The notes: generated by a model from the sequence alone, not told the origin. A stretch of DNA of 64,000 nt from Candidatus Bipolaricaulota bacterium (GCA_025061735.1 JANXAU010000040.1:33434-97433); one strand, 5' to 3'; shown: positions 18,873 to 28,580, counted from the first letter of the stretch. Numbers and translations are program-made.

Positions 18873-20237
18873 ATGAACCTACAGATCGATTGGGCGGCTC
18901 TGGGCCAAGAGACCACCCAGATGCTCTCGGAACTCCTGCAGATAGACACGACCAACCCCCCCGGCGACGAGTACAAGGCGATCGAGTATCTTCAGAAGAA
19001 GCTTCAGAAAGAGAAGATCGAGAGCGAGATTCTCGCTAAAGACCCCAAGCGCGCGAATCTGATCGCGCGGCTCAAGGGCAAGCGCCCCGGCAAGAAGCTG
19101 CTCCTGCTCTCGCACGTGGACGTCGTCCCCGTCACCGATCCCACGCGCTGGAAGTATCCCCCGTTCAGCGGCGCAATCGCCGAGGGCTGCGTCTGGGGCC
19201 GGGGCGCGTTGGATATGAAGTGCATGACGGCCATGGAATTCACGGTAATGGCGCTCTTTCAGCGCGCCAAGCTCGACTTCGCCGGCGAGCTCATATTGGT
19301 GGCGGCCGCCGATGAAGAGAAAGGCTCGGCCTACGGAGCAGAATGGCTCTGCAAGGCCCACCCCGACAAGCTGCGCGCCGACTGGGCGCTCAACGAAGGC
19401 GGCGGGCTGCCCGTCCAGATCGGCCATAAGACGTTCTATACGATCAATACGATAGAGAAGGGCCTGTGGTGGTTCAAGGTCCGGGTGAAGGGCAGCTCGG
19501 GGCACGGCTCGATCCCCCATCCGAATAACGCTCTAGCTAAATCAGCTTATATTATAGACAGAGTCGCGCGTTATCAATTCCCCAAGAAGATCGCGCCCGC
19601 GGTGCGCGAGTTTATCTTACGAGCCGGCGAGGCCCTCGGCCCAGAGATGCACAAACTTGCGCTCGTCTTAGTGGACGAGACCAAAGAACTCGATCTTCCT
19701 CCATTGCCCGCGAACTCCCCCGTCAGCGCTCCGCTCTTAAACGCCCTCGTGCGCACCACGATCTCCCCCACGATGATCCACGCCGGCGTCAAAGAGAACG
19801 TCATCCCCGACAGTTGCGAGTTCGTCCTAGACTGTCGGCTTGTGCCCGGCTACACCCGCGAGCGCGTCCGCGAGATCTTGCTTGAGCTGGCCGGAGAGTA
19901 CAAGAACGATCTGGAGATCGAGACGATCAACGCCCACGAGGTCTCGGAGTCCCCCCTAGACGATGAGTTCTATAAGCTGATCGAAGCGACGATTCGCGAA
20001 GAGGTTCCCGGAGCGGGGACGGTCCCGCTGATGCTCACAGGAGCGACGGACTCACGCTTTGTGCGCGAGTTGGGCGTCAAGGCCTACGGCTTCTGCCCAA
20101 TGTCCACCAAGATGAATCTTGCCGACCGCGAGAGGCTGATCCACAACGACAACGAGCGGATTGACGTAGAGAGCTTAGAACTTGGGGTGCGGGTGCTCTC
20201 TAAGATCGCGATGAAGGCGCTCGACGCTAGGTTCTAA
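18873..20237 (+). CDS. M20/M25/M40 metallohydrolase
   Basis: SHVDVVP, GRGALDMK, ADEE, NEGG, GATD, HNDNE. Confidence 0.9.
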   Translation: MNLQIDWAALGQETTQMLSELLQIDTTNPPGDEYKAIEYLQKKLQKEKIESEILAKDPKRANLIARLKGKRPGKKLLLLSHVDVVPVTDPTRWKYPPFSGAIAEGCVWGRGALDMKCMTAMEFTVMALFQRAKLDFAGELILVAAADEEKGSAYGAEWLCKAHPDKLRADWALNEGGGLPVQIGHKTFYTINTIEKGLWWFKVRVKGSSGHGSIPHPNNALAKSAYIIDRVARYQFPKKIAPAVREFILRAGEALGPEMHKLALVLVDETKELDLPPLPANSPVSAPLLNALVRTTISPTMIHAGVKENVIPDSCEFVLDCRLVPGYTRERVREILLELAGEYKNDLEIETINAHEVSESPLDDEFYKLIEATIREEVPGAGTVPLMLTGATDSRFVRELGVKAYGFCPMSTKMNLADRERLIHNDNERIDVESLELGVRVLSKIAMKALDARF

Positions 20238-20269
20238 AAAACGCAGGGGCGTAGATCGTACGCCCCTGC
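20236..20269 (-). terminator. Intrinsic terminator for the cold-shock gene
   Basis: GCAGGGGCGTA/TACGCCCCTGC 11-bp stem followed by a U-tract on the minus strand. Confidence 0.75.
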
Positions 20270-20287
20270 TCCTCACGTCTTGGCTCT

Positions 20288-20494
20288 TTACTTCTTGGGA
20301 ACGACGTTTTTGGCGCGGAGGCCCTTGGGATCGTTCTCGATCTCGAACTCGACGGCTTGGCCTTCGCGCAGCGTCTTGAAGCCTTCGGTCTGGATGGCCG
20401 AGAAGTGCACGAAGACGTCCGGGCCGCCGTTGTCCTGAGCGATGAAGCCAAAGCCCTTGGCCTCGTTGAACCACTTGACCTTGCCCGTCGCCAT
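20288..20494 (-). CDS. Cold-shock protein, CspA family
   Basis: [24 protein letters not shown]. Confidence 0.97.
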   Translation of the reverse strand: MATGKVKWFNEAKGFGFIAQDNGGPDVFVHFSAIQTEGFKTLREGQAVEFEIENDPKGLRAKNVVPKK

Positions 20495-20625
20495 GCGAAA
20501 CTCCCTCCTTTGGCCTCAATCTGCTGCTCGACAACCACGACCTGCCTCGGGAAGGATCACTTCGCCGGCAACGTCATTGGTCTGAGCAACTGGACTCCGG
20601 TGCCACATCGAGTCCAATCGCTAAC

Positions 20626-20654
20626 ACTATAACGATAAGATGGGCGTTTGTCAA
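20626..20654 (-). promoter_or_regulatory. Sigma70 promoter of the cold-shock gene with long 5' UTR
   Basis: TTGACA-17-TATAGT. Leader of about 125 nt containing a TGGACTC/GAGTCCA stem. Confidence 0.7.
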
Positions 20655-20753
20655 GAGGGGCCATTAGGCAGCTTCCCCGGCGTCAGAAACTGGACGTTGG
20701 TCGCTATAATAAAGTAAGATTCGGGTCGAGCCTCCTAGGGGCTACGATCCCGC

Positions 20754-21197
20754 ATGAAGGACGAGCTGAGCAAGCTTGCTGGACAGATCCGCTGGGCGTA
20801 TGCCGAGCATCTGATCCGTTGCAGCGATCCGGAGCCTGAGGATATGGAAGAGTTGCTTCGTCTCGATGGAGCGCACGAAGAGGCTTTCTATTGGCTGGCC
20901 TTTGGCTACGCCAAGCGCCGGTACGATCCCGATCACGTGCGGGGGCTGCTGGTCTACCTGATCAGCCAATACCCCGCCCCGCACGAGGACCCGGCGCGCC
21001 GTGAGCTTCTGGTGAGATCCATCCAGCAAAAGAAGATCGGGTTGTCTGACTTAACCATAGAAAAGCTCTGTGGGACCTATCTCAGCTGGGACGAGATCTT
21101 CCGGCTGACGGGCAAGGAGTTCAACCCCTCCCGCACCAAGGAACACGTCCGCAAAGTCTACGACGAGTTGATGACCAAGTCCAAGGAGAGATCGTAA
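20754..21197 (+). CDS. Hypothetical protein, possible highly divergent ECF sigma factor
   Basis: C-terminal LSWDEIFRLTG...KEHVRKVYDEL resembles sigma region 4.2. TAATG overlap with the anti-sigma-like gene. Confidence 0.5.
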   Translation: MKDELSKLAGQIRWAYAEHLIRCSDPEPEDMEELLRLDGAHEEAFYWLAFGYAKRRYDPDHVRGLLVYLISQYPAPHEDPARRELLVRSIQQKKIGLSDLTIEKLCGTYLSWDEIFRLTGKEFNPSRTKEHVRKVYDELMTKSKERS

Positions 21198-21850
21198 TGC
21201 GCAGACCCAGCTATCATTCTTCGGAGGATGCGTGGTTTCTGGAGAGGCTGAAGTCTCTGGCCTTGCCTGTGGATCAGCGTTCTGCTCATCCCACGCGGGC
21301 CATCCTCCATGCGTACTTGCACAACCGTTTGCCGGATCGCTGGCTGAGCGCGGAAGAGCTACAAGGGGACTCGCGGCCCTGGACGCTCACGATGGTCTCG
21401 CAACACGTGCTGGGCTGTCCTAGCTGCCAGCGCGAGCTCTCTCAAATGCGGCGCGCGCAACTCCACAGCCCTTGGGAGGCGAAGGTGCTTCATCTGGGCT
21501 CTCCCCAAGCGGCTATGGCGCACCTACGGGTCTTTGCGCTCCTCGCGGTGGTCTTGCTCCTGTTGAATGGAGCCTTGCTGATGCTCTTCCCCACCCCAGG
21601 AGGGAAATTCATCCCGTGCAGCACGGTGGTCAAGGGCCTTTACCCCAAAGGAGAGAGCACCGATAAATCCAGCCTCCCGCTTATTGATCTAGACGCCAAC
21701 AAGCTCTGCTGGAGCGCCCCTTCCGAGCAGCCTTGGCAGACGTGGTGGGCCCCCTTGGCGATAGCCCTATGGCTCCCGCTTCTGGTGTTGCACTTGCTCT
21801 GGGCGTGGGCTTCGGCCCTAGACCTGCCACGACGGCGCGAGTGGGCGTGA
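21197..21850 (+). CDS. ZAS (zf-HC2) anti-sigma-like membrane protein
   Basis: H...LHAYL...HVLGCPSC (HxxxCxxC) followed by two hydrophobic helices. Confidence 0.7.
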   Translation: MRRPSYHSSEDAWFLERLKSLALPVDQRSAHPTRAILHAYLHNRLPDRWLSAEELQGDSRPWTLTMVSQHVLGCPSCQRELSQMRRAQLHSPWEAKVLHLGSPQAAMAHLRVFALLAVVLLLLNGALLMLFPTPGGKFIPCSTVVKGLYPKGESTDKSSLPLIDLDANKLCWSAPSEQPWQTWWAPLAIALWLPLLVLHLLWAWASALDLPRRREWA

Positions 21851-21878
21851 GCGCGCTCTTCTGCTAAGATAGAGCGTT

Positions 21879-22607
21879 ATGCGCTGGGTAAGATTTCTGC
21901 ACGACGGGAGAGCGCGGATCGGCCAAGTGCGGGGTGAGACCGTCTATGCCGATCACGAGCGCTTTGAGTTGGGATCGCTGAGGCTACTGGCCCCAGCTCA
22001 GCCTACGAAGATCGTCTGCGTGGGGGTCAACTATCGCGACCACGCCGCGGAGATGGGACGCAAGATCCCCGAACGCCCCGTGCTCTTCTTTAAACCCCCC
22101 TCGGCCCTCATCGGCCCGGAGGAGACGATCTATATCCCCGCTTCAGACAGGGTGGACTACGAGGGCGAGGTCGCCTTGGTGATCAAAGAGCGTTGCAAGC
22201 GCGTTCCTGCGTCTAGAGCCTACGAGGTGATCTGGGGGTTCACGTGCTTTAACGACGTGACGGATCGAGCGACCCAAGCGTGGGAGCTGAACTGGGTGCG
22301 CGCCAAGGGCTTCGACACCTCCGCTGCCCTCGGCCCGGTGCTCGTCTCCCCCGACGAGGTCTCAGAGCCGTTGCGGATAGAGACGCGGGTCAACGGGCAG
22401 GTGCGCCAGCGATCCGACACGGGACAACTGATCTTTGCGATCCCTCAGCTTATCGAAGAGATCAGCAGTTTTATGACGCTAGAACCGGGGGATGTGATCG
22501 CCACCGGGACGCCAGCGGGGGTCGGTCCGCTGGCGCCGGGCGATCTGGTCGAAGTAGAGATTGAGGGGATTGGAGTCTTGCGCAATCGGGTGGCGCGGGC
22601 GGGTTGA
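21879..22607 (+). CDS. Fumarylacetoacetate hydrolase family protein
   Basis: KIVCVGVNYRDH, DYEGE, NDVT.R, AKGFD, GDVIATGTPAGVG. Confidence 0.93.
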   Translation: MRWVRFLHDGRARIGQVRGETVYADHERFELGSLRLLAPAQPTKIVCVGVNYRDHAAEMGRKIPERPVLFFKPPSALIGPEETIYIPASDRVDYEGEVALVIKERCKRVPASRAYEVIWGFTCFNDVTDRATQAWELNWVRAKGFDTSAALGPVLVSPDEVSEPLRIETRVNGQVRQRSDTGQLIFAIPQLIEEISSFMTLEPGDVIATGTPAGVGPLAPGDLVEVEIEGIGVLRNRVARAG

Positions 22608-22648
22608 TTTGCGCCCCTGACAGGGCATTTGGTAATCTAGAGGCTCCC

Positions 22649-22721
22649 GGGGCCGTAGCTCAGGTGGGAGAGCGCCCGCTTTGCAAGCGGGAGGTCGGCG
22701 GTTCGACTCCGCTCGGCTCCA
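22649..22721 (+). tRNA. tRNA-Ala(TGC), CCA not encoded
   Basis: GGGGCCG/CGGCTCC acceptor stem with G3:U70, anticodon arm CCCGC-TTTGCAA-GCGGG, GTTCGA T-loop. Confidence 0.96.
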
Positions 22722-22783
22722 CAGCAGAAAAAAGCTCTCTTGGTTGACAAGCTCCTACCAACCACCTAGAATGATCGTATTCT

Positions 22784-25045
22784 ATGGCCGAAAAGAATCT
22801 GGTGATCGTCGAATCTCCGGCGAAGGCCCGGACGATTGAGAAGTACTTGGGCCAAGATTTCACCGTGCTCTCGACGATGGGGCACGTGCGCGATCTGCCC
22901 AAACACCGATTCGGCGTCAATATCCAAGAGGGGTTCACGCCGACGTACGAGCCGTTGCCGGAGCGCAAAGAAGCGCTCAAGAGGCTTCAGACAGCGACGA
23001 AAAAAGCCAAAGAGATCTATCTCGCTACCGATCCAGACCGCGAAGGCGAAGCGATCGCGTGGCACGTCAAAGAGGCGCTCAAGCTCAAACAGATCCAACG
23101 GATTGAGTTCAACGAGATCACCAAGGAGGCCGTGCGACGCGCGCTGGAGCACCCCCGTGAGATTGACATGCAGCGCGTCGAAGCCCAACAAGCTCGGCGT
23201 ATCTTGGATCGCATCGTCGGGTATATGCTCAGCCCGCTCATCTCAAAAAAGATTCGGAGTCGGCTGTCGGCCGGGCGTGTCCAGTCGGTCGCCGTCAGAC
23301 TGATCTGTGAGCGCGAGCGCGAGATCCAAAACTTCGTCCCCGAAGAGTACTGGTCCATCACCGCCACGCTCACGCCCCAAGGGGAATCACGCCCCTTCGA
23401 CGCCAAGCTCTACAAGCGCACCAACGGCGAAGAGAAGCTCAAGATCTCCAACGGTGAGCAGGCCCAACAGATTTTGAAAGAGCTAGAGGGCGCTACGTAT
23501 AGGGTACTCAAGGTTGAAGAGAAGGAACAGCGCCGTCACGCACCCTTGCCCTTCACGACAAGCACGCTACAACAAGAAGCCTCTAAGAAATTGGGCTTCT
23601 CTACGAAGAAGACGATGTCCATCGCGCAGCAGCTCTACGAGGGCGTCGAGCTGGGAGCCGAAGGCGCGACGGGCTTGATCACCTACATGCGCACCGACTC
23701 TACGCGCATCTCTGAAGAAGCACAAACGATGGCGCGCGCGTTCATCGCGTCCAAATACGGCAAAGAGTACGTGCACACCGGCGAGGTCCGCAGAGCCAAA
23801 AAATCCAACATCCAAGACGCTCACGAAGCGATCCGTCCTACGGTCGTCACGCGCCTGCCCGAAGAGGTCGCCGACTACTTGACCCCCGATCAGCTCAAGC
23901 TCTACAGACTCATCTGGCAGCGCTTTGTCGCCAGTCAAATGGCTTCAGCGGTCTTCGACGTCGTCTCGGTGGAGATCCAAGGGGGAGAGTATCTCTTTCG
24001 CGCCAGCGGCTCGGTGCTGAAATTCCCGGGATGGCTGGCCGTCTACGAAGAGGCCCGCGACGAAGACAGACCCAGCGACGATGAAGAGACCACCGGTCAA
24101 CTGCCCCCCTTGCGCGAGCAGCAGCTCTTAGACTTAGTTCAGCTTACGCCCAAGCAGCACTTCACCGAGCCGCCGCCGCGCTACACCGAAGCCACGCTCG
24201 TCAAAGCGCTAGAAGAGAACGGGATCGGACGCCCTAGCACTTATGCTCCTACCATCTCGACGATCTTAGAACGCGGGTACGTCAAACTAGAGAAGCGTCG
24301 GTTTGTGCCAACCGAACTGGGCTTTTTAGTGACCGACGCGCTGGTGAAGCACTTCCCCAAGGTCGTAGACGTGGGCTTTACGGCACTGATCGAAGAAGAG
24401 CTGGACAAGATCGAAGAGGGCCAGCTCGACCGGATTACTGTTTTACAAGACTTTTACAGAGAATTTGCGAGCGCCTACGAGAAGGCCAAAGCCGAGATGG
24501 AATCTCTCAAGCCCCCGCCCATCGAGACCGACGAGAGCTGTCCAGAGTGCGGGAAGAGATTGGTGATTCGCACAGGGCGCTATGGGCGGTTCTATTCGTG
24601 TTCGGGCTTCCCCAAGTGCCGCTACACGCGCCCGCTCGAGACAGAGACGAAAGCCGACGAGATGCCCCAAGCGAATGAGACGAAGTCTTGCCCCAAGTGC
24701 AGCGCGCCGATGGCGCTGCGGCGCGGGCGCTACGGGCCGTTCTACGGCTGCACGCGCTACCCCGACTGCGACGGGATCGTCAACCTCGAGCGCGCGCGCG
24801 AAGAATCTCCGGTGCGCTGCCCCAAGTGCAACGGCGCTCTGGTGAAGCGCTACGCGCGCAAGGGGGGACGGAGCTTCTGGGGCTGTGAAAATTACCCAAA
24901 CTGTGATTTCACCGTTAATCAGACGCCCGTCAAGCCCTGCCCCGTCTGCAAAGAGGGGGTTTTGGTCGAGGGGGCAGAAGGAGAACTGATTTGCAGCAAC
25001 AAGCAGTGTGAACACCGCGAGAGCGTTACGCCGGTAGCTGTATAA
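22784..25045 (+). CDS. topA: DNA topoisomerase I
   Basis: LVIVESPAK, ATDPDREGE, SAGRVQS, ITYMRTDS, four C-terminal Zn ribbons. Confidence 0.97.
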   Translation: MAEKNLVIVESPAKARTIEKYLGQDFTVLSTMGHVRDLPKHRFGVNIQEGFTPTYEPLPERKEALKRLQTATKKAKEIYLATDPDREGEAIAWHVKEALKLKQIQRIEFNEITKEAVRRALEHPREIDMQRVEAQQARRILDRIVGYMLSPLISKKIRSRLSAGRVQSVAVRLICEREREIQNFVPEEYWSITATLTPQGESRPFDAKLYKRTNGEEKLKISNGEQAQQILKELEGATYRVLKVEEKEQRRHAPLPFTTSTLQQEASKKLGFSTKKTMSIAQQLYEGVELGAEGATGLITYMRTDSTRISEEAQTMARAFIASKYGKEYVHTGEVRRAKKSNIQDAHEAIRPTVVTRLPEEVADYLTPDQLKLYRLIWQRFVASQMASAVFDVVSVEIQGGEYLFRASGSVLKFPGWLAVYEEARDEDRPSDDEETTGQLPPLREQQLLDLVQLTPKQHFTEPPPRYTEATLVKALEENGIGRPSTYAPTISTILERGYVKLEKRRFVPTELGFLVTDALVKHFPKVVDVGFTALIEEELDKIEEGQLDRITVLQDFYREFASAYEKAKAEMESLKPPPIETDESCPECGKRLVIRTGRYGRFYSCSGFPKCRYTRPLETETKADEMPQANETKSCPKCSAPMALRRGRYGPFYGCTRYPDCDGIVNLERAREESPVRCPKCNGALVKRYARKGGRSFWGCENYPNCDFTVNQTPVKPCPVCKEGVLVEGAEGELICSNKQCEHRESVTPVAV

Positions 25046-25068
25046 AAGACCAAAGGAGGTTCGCCACG

Positions 25069-26016
25069 ATGCTGCGCGCTTTGACACTCTTTGGATGTCT
25101 CGTAGCCCTGACGGTTTCGGTGGCGAGTCCGCAATCGGTCGTGCGGATTCTCAGCCCGCAGAGCACGATCTTCTCGTTGGACTTCAGCCCCGACGGCCGA
25201 TGGGTGGCCGCCGGGTGTGGCAACGGGACGGCTTGGATCTGGGAGGTCTCAACGGGAAGGCCTGTGAGAGTGCTCAACGAGAGCTTGGGCACGGTCTTCG
25301 CGCTCGCGTTCAGCCCCGACAGCCAGAGACTGCTCACGGCCAACGGCGACAGCAACGTGGGCTATCTGTGGGACATAGAGAGCGGGCGCGCGCTCCTGAA
25401 GCTAGAGGGCCACGAAGGCTGGGTGCACGCCGCGGCGTACAGCCGCGACGGCAGAGTCTTAGTAACTGGCTCGGAAGACCGCACGATCCGAGTCTGGGAT
25501 GCGACTAACGGGCGTCTGATCAGAATTCTCACGGGGCATCGCAACACGGTCTTCGGGCTGGCGATCAGTCCCGACAGCCAGATCATCGCGTCAGCGGGGG
25601 GCGACGGCGAGGTGCGCCTGTGGGCGGTCTCCGACGGCACGCTGTTGGGCGTGCTGCCGGTGCGGGTCAATGCCGTCTTTGCCGTCTCGTTCAGCCCCGA
25701 CGGGAAGAAGCTCGCGGCGATCAGCGGCGACGGCGTGGTGAGGGTTTGGGACGTAGCTTCTCAGAAGTTAATTCTCTCGCTGGCGGGGCATCGTGGGCGC
25801 AGCCACGGCGTGCGCTTCCATCCCGATGGGAAGCGCCTAGCTTCCAGCAGCATGGACTGGACGGTCAAACTCTGGGACATCGAGAAGGGACAAGAGCTGA
25901 ACGTCTTCACCGAGCACAAGGAGTTTGTGCTGGCGGTGGGCTTCAGTCCCGACGGCAAGCTCTTGGCGTCGGGCGGCGGGGACTTTCAGCTCATCTTGAG
26001 AGCGCTGGAGAAGTGA
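25069..26016 (+). CDS. Secreted WD40 repeat protein
   Basis: Signal-like N-terminus followed by about 7 GH...FSPDG...WD repeats. Confidence 0.88.
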   Translation: MLRALTLFGCLVALTVSVASPQSVVRILSPQSTIFSLDFSPDGRWVAAGCGNGTAWIWEVSTGRPVRVLNESLGTVFALAFSPDSQRLLTANGDSNVGYLWDIESGRALLKLEGHEGWVHAAAYSRDGRVLVTGSEDRTIRVWDATNGRLIRILTGHRNTVFGLAISPDSQIIASAGGDGEVRLWAVSDGTLLGVLPVRVNAVFAVSFSPDGKKLAAISGDGVVRVWDVASQKLILSLAGHRGRSHGVRFHPDGKRLASSSMDWTVKLWDIEKGQELNVFTEHKEFVLAVGFSPDGKLLASGGGDFQLILRALEK

Positions 26017-26025
26017 GCGTTGTTG

Positions 26026-27015
26026 ATGAGCGTCGTCGGCTACGGAGCAGCGATCCCGCGCAAGCGCATCTCGCTTGCGGAGATCAATCGGGCGTGGGGG
26101 CGCGCGGGAGGCCGCGGCGAGCGAGCCGTCGCCGCTTCTGACGAAGACGTCGTTACGCTCAGCGTCACAGCTGCGCGACGGGCGTTGGCTCATGCGAAGA
26201 TTCCGCCGACAGAGTTAGGCGCAATCTACGCGTGTAGCGTCTCGCTGGGCTACGGGGAGCACACGCTGGCGGGCAGCGTCGCGTTGGCGCTGGGTGCTGA
26301 AGGCCCGGTGACGCTCTGCGATTTGGGGCTTTCGACGCGCTCGGTCACGTCAGCCATTCAGTGTTGCGTCGATGCGATCCGGTCTGGGCGTATCGTCTAT
26401 GGACTGGTCGTCGCCGGGGATGTTCTGCCGGCCAAGCCGGGTTCGGAGTCTGAGCTGAGCAGCGGCGCTGGAGCTGCTGCTCTCGTCTTGGGAAGCGGCC
26501 CCGGTGTAGCTGAGCTGGAAGGATTCGGTTCGCACGCGGAGGGCTTCATCGGGCGTTATCGTCCGGAGGGAGATTTTCCCCAGATGGACGACGAGCGCTT
26601 CGTCTTTCAGCAGGGGGTTGCGGTGCACGTGGCCCACGCGCTGCGCCGGCTGCTGGAGCGCACGGGGCTGAAGACAGATGCCTTCGCGCGCGCGGTCTTT
26701 GGCGCGCCGGAGCCGCGCTGGGGAGCGCGAGTCGCGCCCAAGTTGGGGCTGTCTGAAAGAGTCTTCACGCTGAGCGGGGAGATCGGCTCGGCGGGCTGCG
26801 CGATGCTCTTGCTCGATCTCATCGGCGCTTTGGAGCAGAGCCAGCCCAACGAGAAGATTCTCGTGATCTCGTGGGGGCCGGGGGGCAGCGACGCGCTGGC
26901 GCTCACGGTGCGCGAACGCTCGCTCTCGCTACCAACGGTCGCCGAACAAGTAGCTCACAAAGAGCTGATCACGTACCCGGAGTATCTGCGAGCGATGAGG
27001 CTCTTGGGAGGTTGA
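26026..27015 (+). CDS. HMG-CoA synthase-like protein, catalytic residues apparently lost
   Basis: DEDVVT, GAGAAALVLG and ISWGPG match the archaeal HMGCS fold. The catalytic Cys position reads STRS. Confidence 0.75.
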   Translation: MSVVGYGAAIPRKRISLAEINRAWGRAGGRGERAVAASDEDVVTLSVTAARRALAHAKIPPTELGAIYACSVSLGYGEHTLAGSVALALGAEGPVTLCDLGLSTRSVTSAIQCCVDAIRSGRIVYGLVVAGDVLPAKPGSESELSSGAGAAALVLGSGPGVAELEGFGSHAEGFIGRYRPEGDFPQMDDERFVFQQGVAVHVAHALRRLLERTGLKTDAFARAVFGAPEPRWGARVAPKLGLSERVFTLSGEIGSAGCAMLLLDLIGALEQSQPNEKILVISWGPGGSDALALTVRERSLSLPTVAEQVAHKELITYPEYLRAMRLLGG

Positions 27016-27017
27016 CG

Positions 27018-27407
27018 ATGCACACGCCGCCCGTCTGGAGAATTGCGCGGGAGAACGCGCGCCTGATCGGCTATCGCTGTCGGCGCTGCGGGTTTGTAGA
27101 GTTCCCTGAGCCGAGAAAGACGTGCAAGCGCTGTCGGGCGCCCGCGGAGTTTGAAGAGATCTCGATGGGCACGCGCGGGAAGATCGTCTCATTTGTGGTG
27201 CAGCATCGTCTGCCGGAGGGGTTTGAGACGCCGCTGCCCTTAGCCGTGATAGACTTAGAGAACGGAGCGCGGGTGTATGGTCAGATCGTGGAGTGCAAGC
27301 CCGAAGAACTGACAGTGGGCTTAGAAGTCGAAGCAGATTTCAGGGTCTTTTATGACGATGCGGGCTTGCGCGTCTATTCATATAAGTTTCACCCAGTGCG
27401 AGGCTGA
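27018..27407 (+). CDS. DUF35 Zn-ribbon/OB-fold protein
   Basis: CRRCG...P...CKRC, GKIVSF, C-terminal YSYKF.P. Confidence 0.88.
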   Translation: MHTPPVWRIARENARLIGYRCRRCGFVEFPEPRKTCKRCRAPAEFEEISMGTRGKIVSFVVQHRLPEGFETPLPLAVIDLENGARVYGQIVECKPEELTVGLEVEADFRVFYDDAGLRVYSYKFHPVRG

Positions 27408-27410
27408 ACG

Positions 27411-28580
27411 ATGGCTCAGCATAGCTTGCGCAACAAAGTAGCGATCATCGGCGCGGGGATGATCAAGTTCGGTGAGCTGTTTGACAAGAGCTTCGAGACG
27501 ATGATCGAAGAGGCCTATCTGAACGCTCTGAAGAGCGTAGACAAGGGTCTAGATCCCAAGGAGATCGAGGCGGCGTGGCTGGGCACGCTCTACCCGCCCC
27601 AAGGGAATTCAGGGGTCTTGCTCTCGTTCGCTACGGGGCTGTTTGGCATCCCCGTCACGCGTGTCGAGAACGCGTGCGCAACGGGCAGCGACGCGTTCCG
27701 CAACGCGTGTTTTGCCGTAGCGTTGGGTCTGTATGACGTGGCGCTCGTCGTCGGCGTGGAGAAGATGCGCGACGACGGCGGCGGGCTGATCCAACGGACG
27801 GCCGTGAAGCAGCTCTGGGGCGGGCGCGGCGTCACGATGCCGGCCTTCTTCGGCCTGCACGCAACGGCCTATATGCACAAGTATAAAATCTCCCGCGAAG
27901 AGATCGCGCTGGTCAGCGTGAAGAACCATCGCAACGGCGCGCTCTATCCCTACGCGCACTATCGCTTCGAGTGCTCGGTCGAAGACGTGCTCAAAGCGCC
28001 CTATATCTCGTATCCCTTGGGATTATATGACTGCTGCCCGGTCACCGACGGGGCGGCGGCTGTGCTGATCTGCCGTGCCGAGCTGGCTTCTCAATACACC
28101 GACAAGCCCGTCTTCGTCTTGGGGTCGGGCCTGGCGACCGAGACGTTCTTTCGCGGCGGGGATCTGACGAGCTTCCCGGCTACGCGATACGCTGCTCAAC
28201 AAGCCTACGAGATGGCCGGCGTCAGCCCAGACGATATTGACGTCGCCGAGATTCACGACTGCTTCAGCATCACCGAGCTGATCAGCTACGAAGACTTGGG
28301 CTTTGCCCCTCCAGGGCAGGGAATCGCTCTTTTGAAAGAGGGGATCGTTCAACTCGAAGGCTCCAAGCCCATCAATCCCAGCGGAGGTCTCTTAGCCAAG
28401 GGGCATCCCATCGGCGCGACGGGCGTCGCTCAGATCGTCGAACTCTTTGAGCAACTGCGCGGGCAGGCCGGCCCCGTCCAAGTGAAGAACAATCCCCAAC
28501 TAGCCCTGCAGCACAACATCGGGATCGGGCGGACGGCTACGGGGTCGGTAAGCTGCGTTCATATCTTAGGGCGGGGCTGA
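27411..28580 (+). CDS. Thiolase, SCP-x/archaeal type
   Basis: ENACATGS, KNH.NG, DGAAA, EIHDCF, GGLLAKGHPIGATG. Confidence 0.92.
   Translation: MAQHSLRNKVAIIGAGMIKFGELFDKSFETMIEEAYLNALKSVDKGLDPKEIEAAWLGTLYPPQGNSGVLLSFATGLFGIPVTRVENACATGSDAFRNACFAVALGLYDVALVVGVEKMRDDGGGLIQRTAVKQLWGGRGVTMPAFFGLHATAYMHKYKISREEIALVSVKNHRNGALYPYAHYRFECSVEDVLKAPYISYPLGLYDCCPVTDGAAAVLICRAELASQYTDKPVFVLGSGLATETFFRGGDLTSFPATRYAAQQAYEMAGVSPDDIDVAEIHDCFSITELISYEDLGFAPPGQGIALLKEGIVQLEGSKPINPSGGLLAKGHPIGATGVAQIVELFEQLRGQAGPVQVKNNPQLALQHNIGIGRTATGSVSCVHILGRG

Noticed and set aside
22649-22790. tRNA-Ala as a possible integration site
   Set aside because: No integrase or duplicated 3' end seen. topA follows directly.
26026-27015. 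Evidence for a mevalonate pathway
   Set aside because: Catalytic Cys, His and Asn appear substituted and no other mevalonate genes are in the window.
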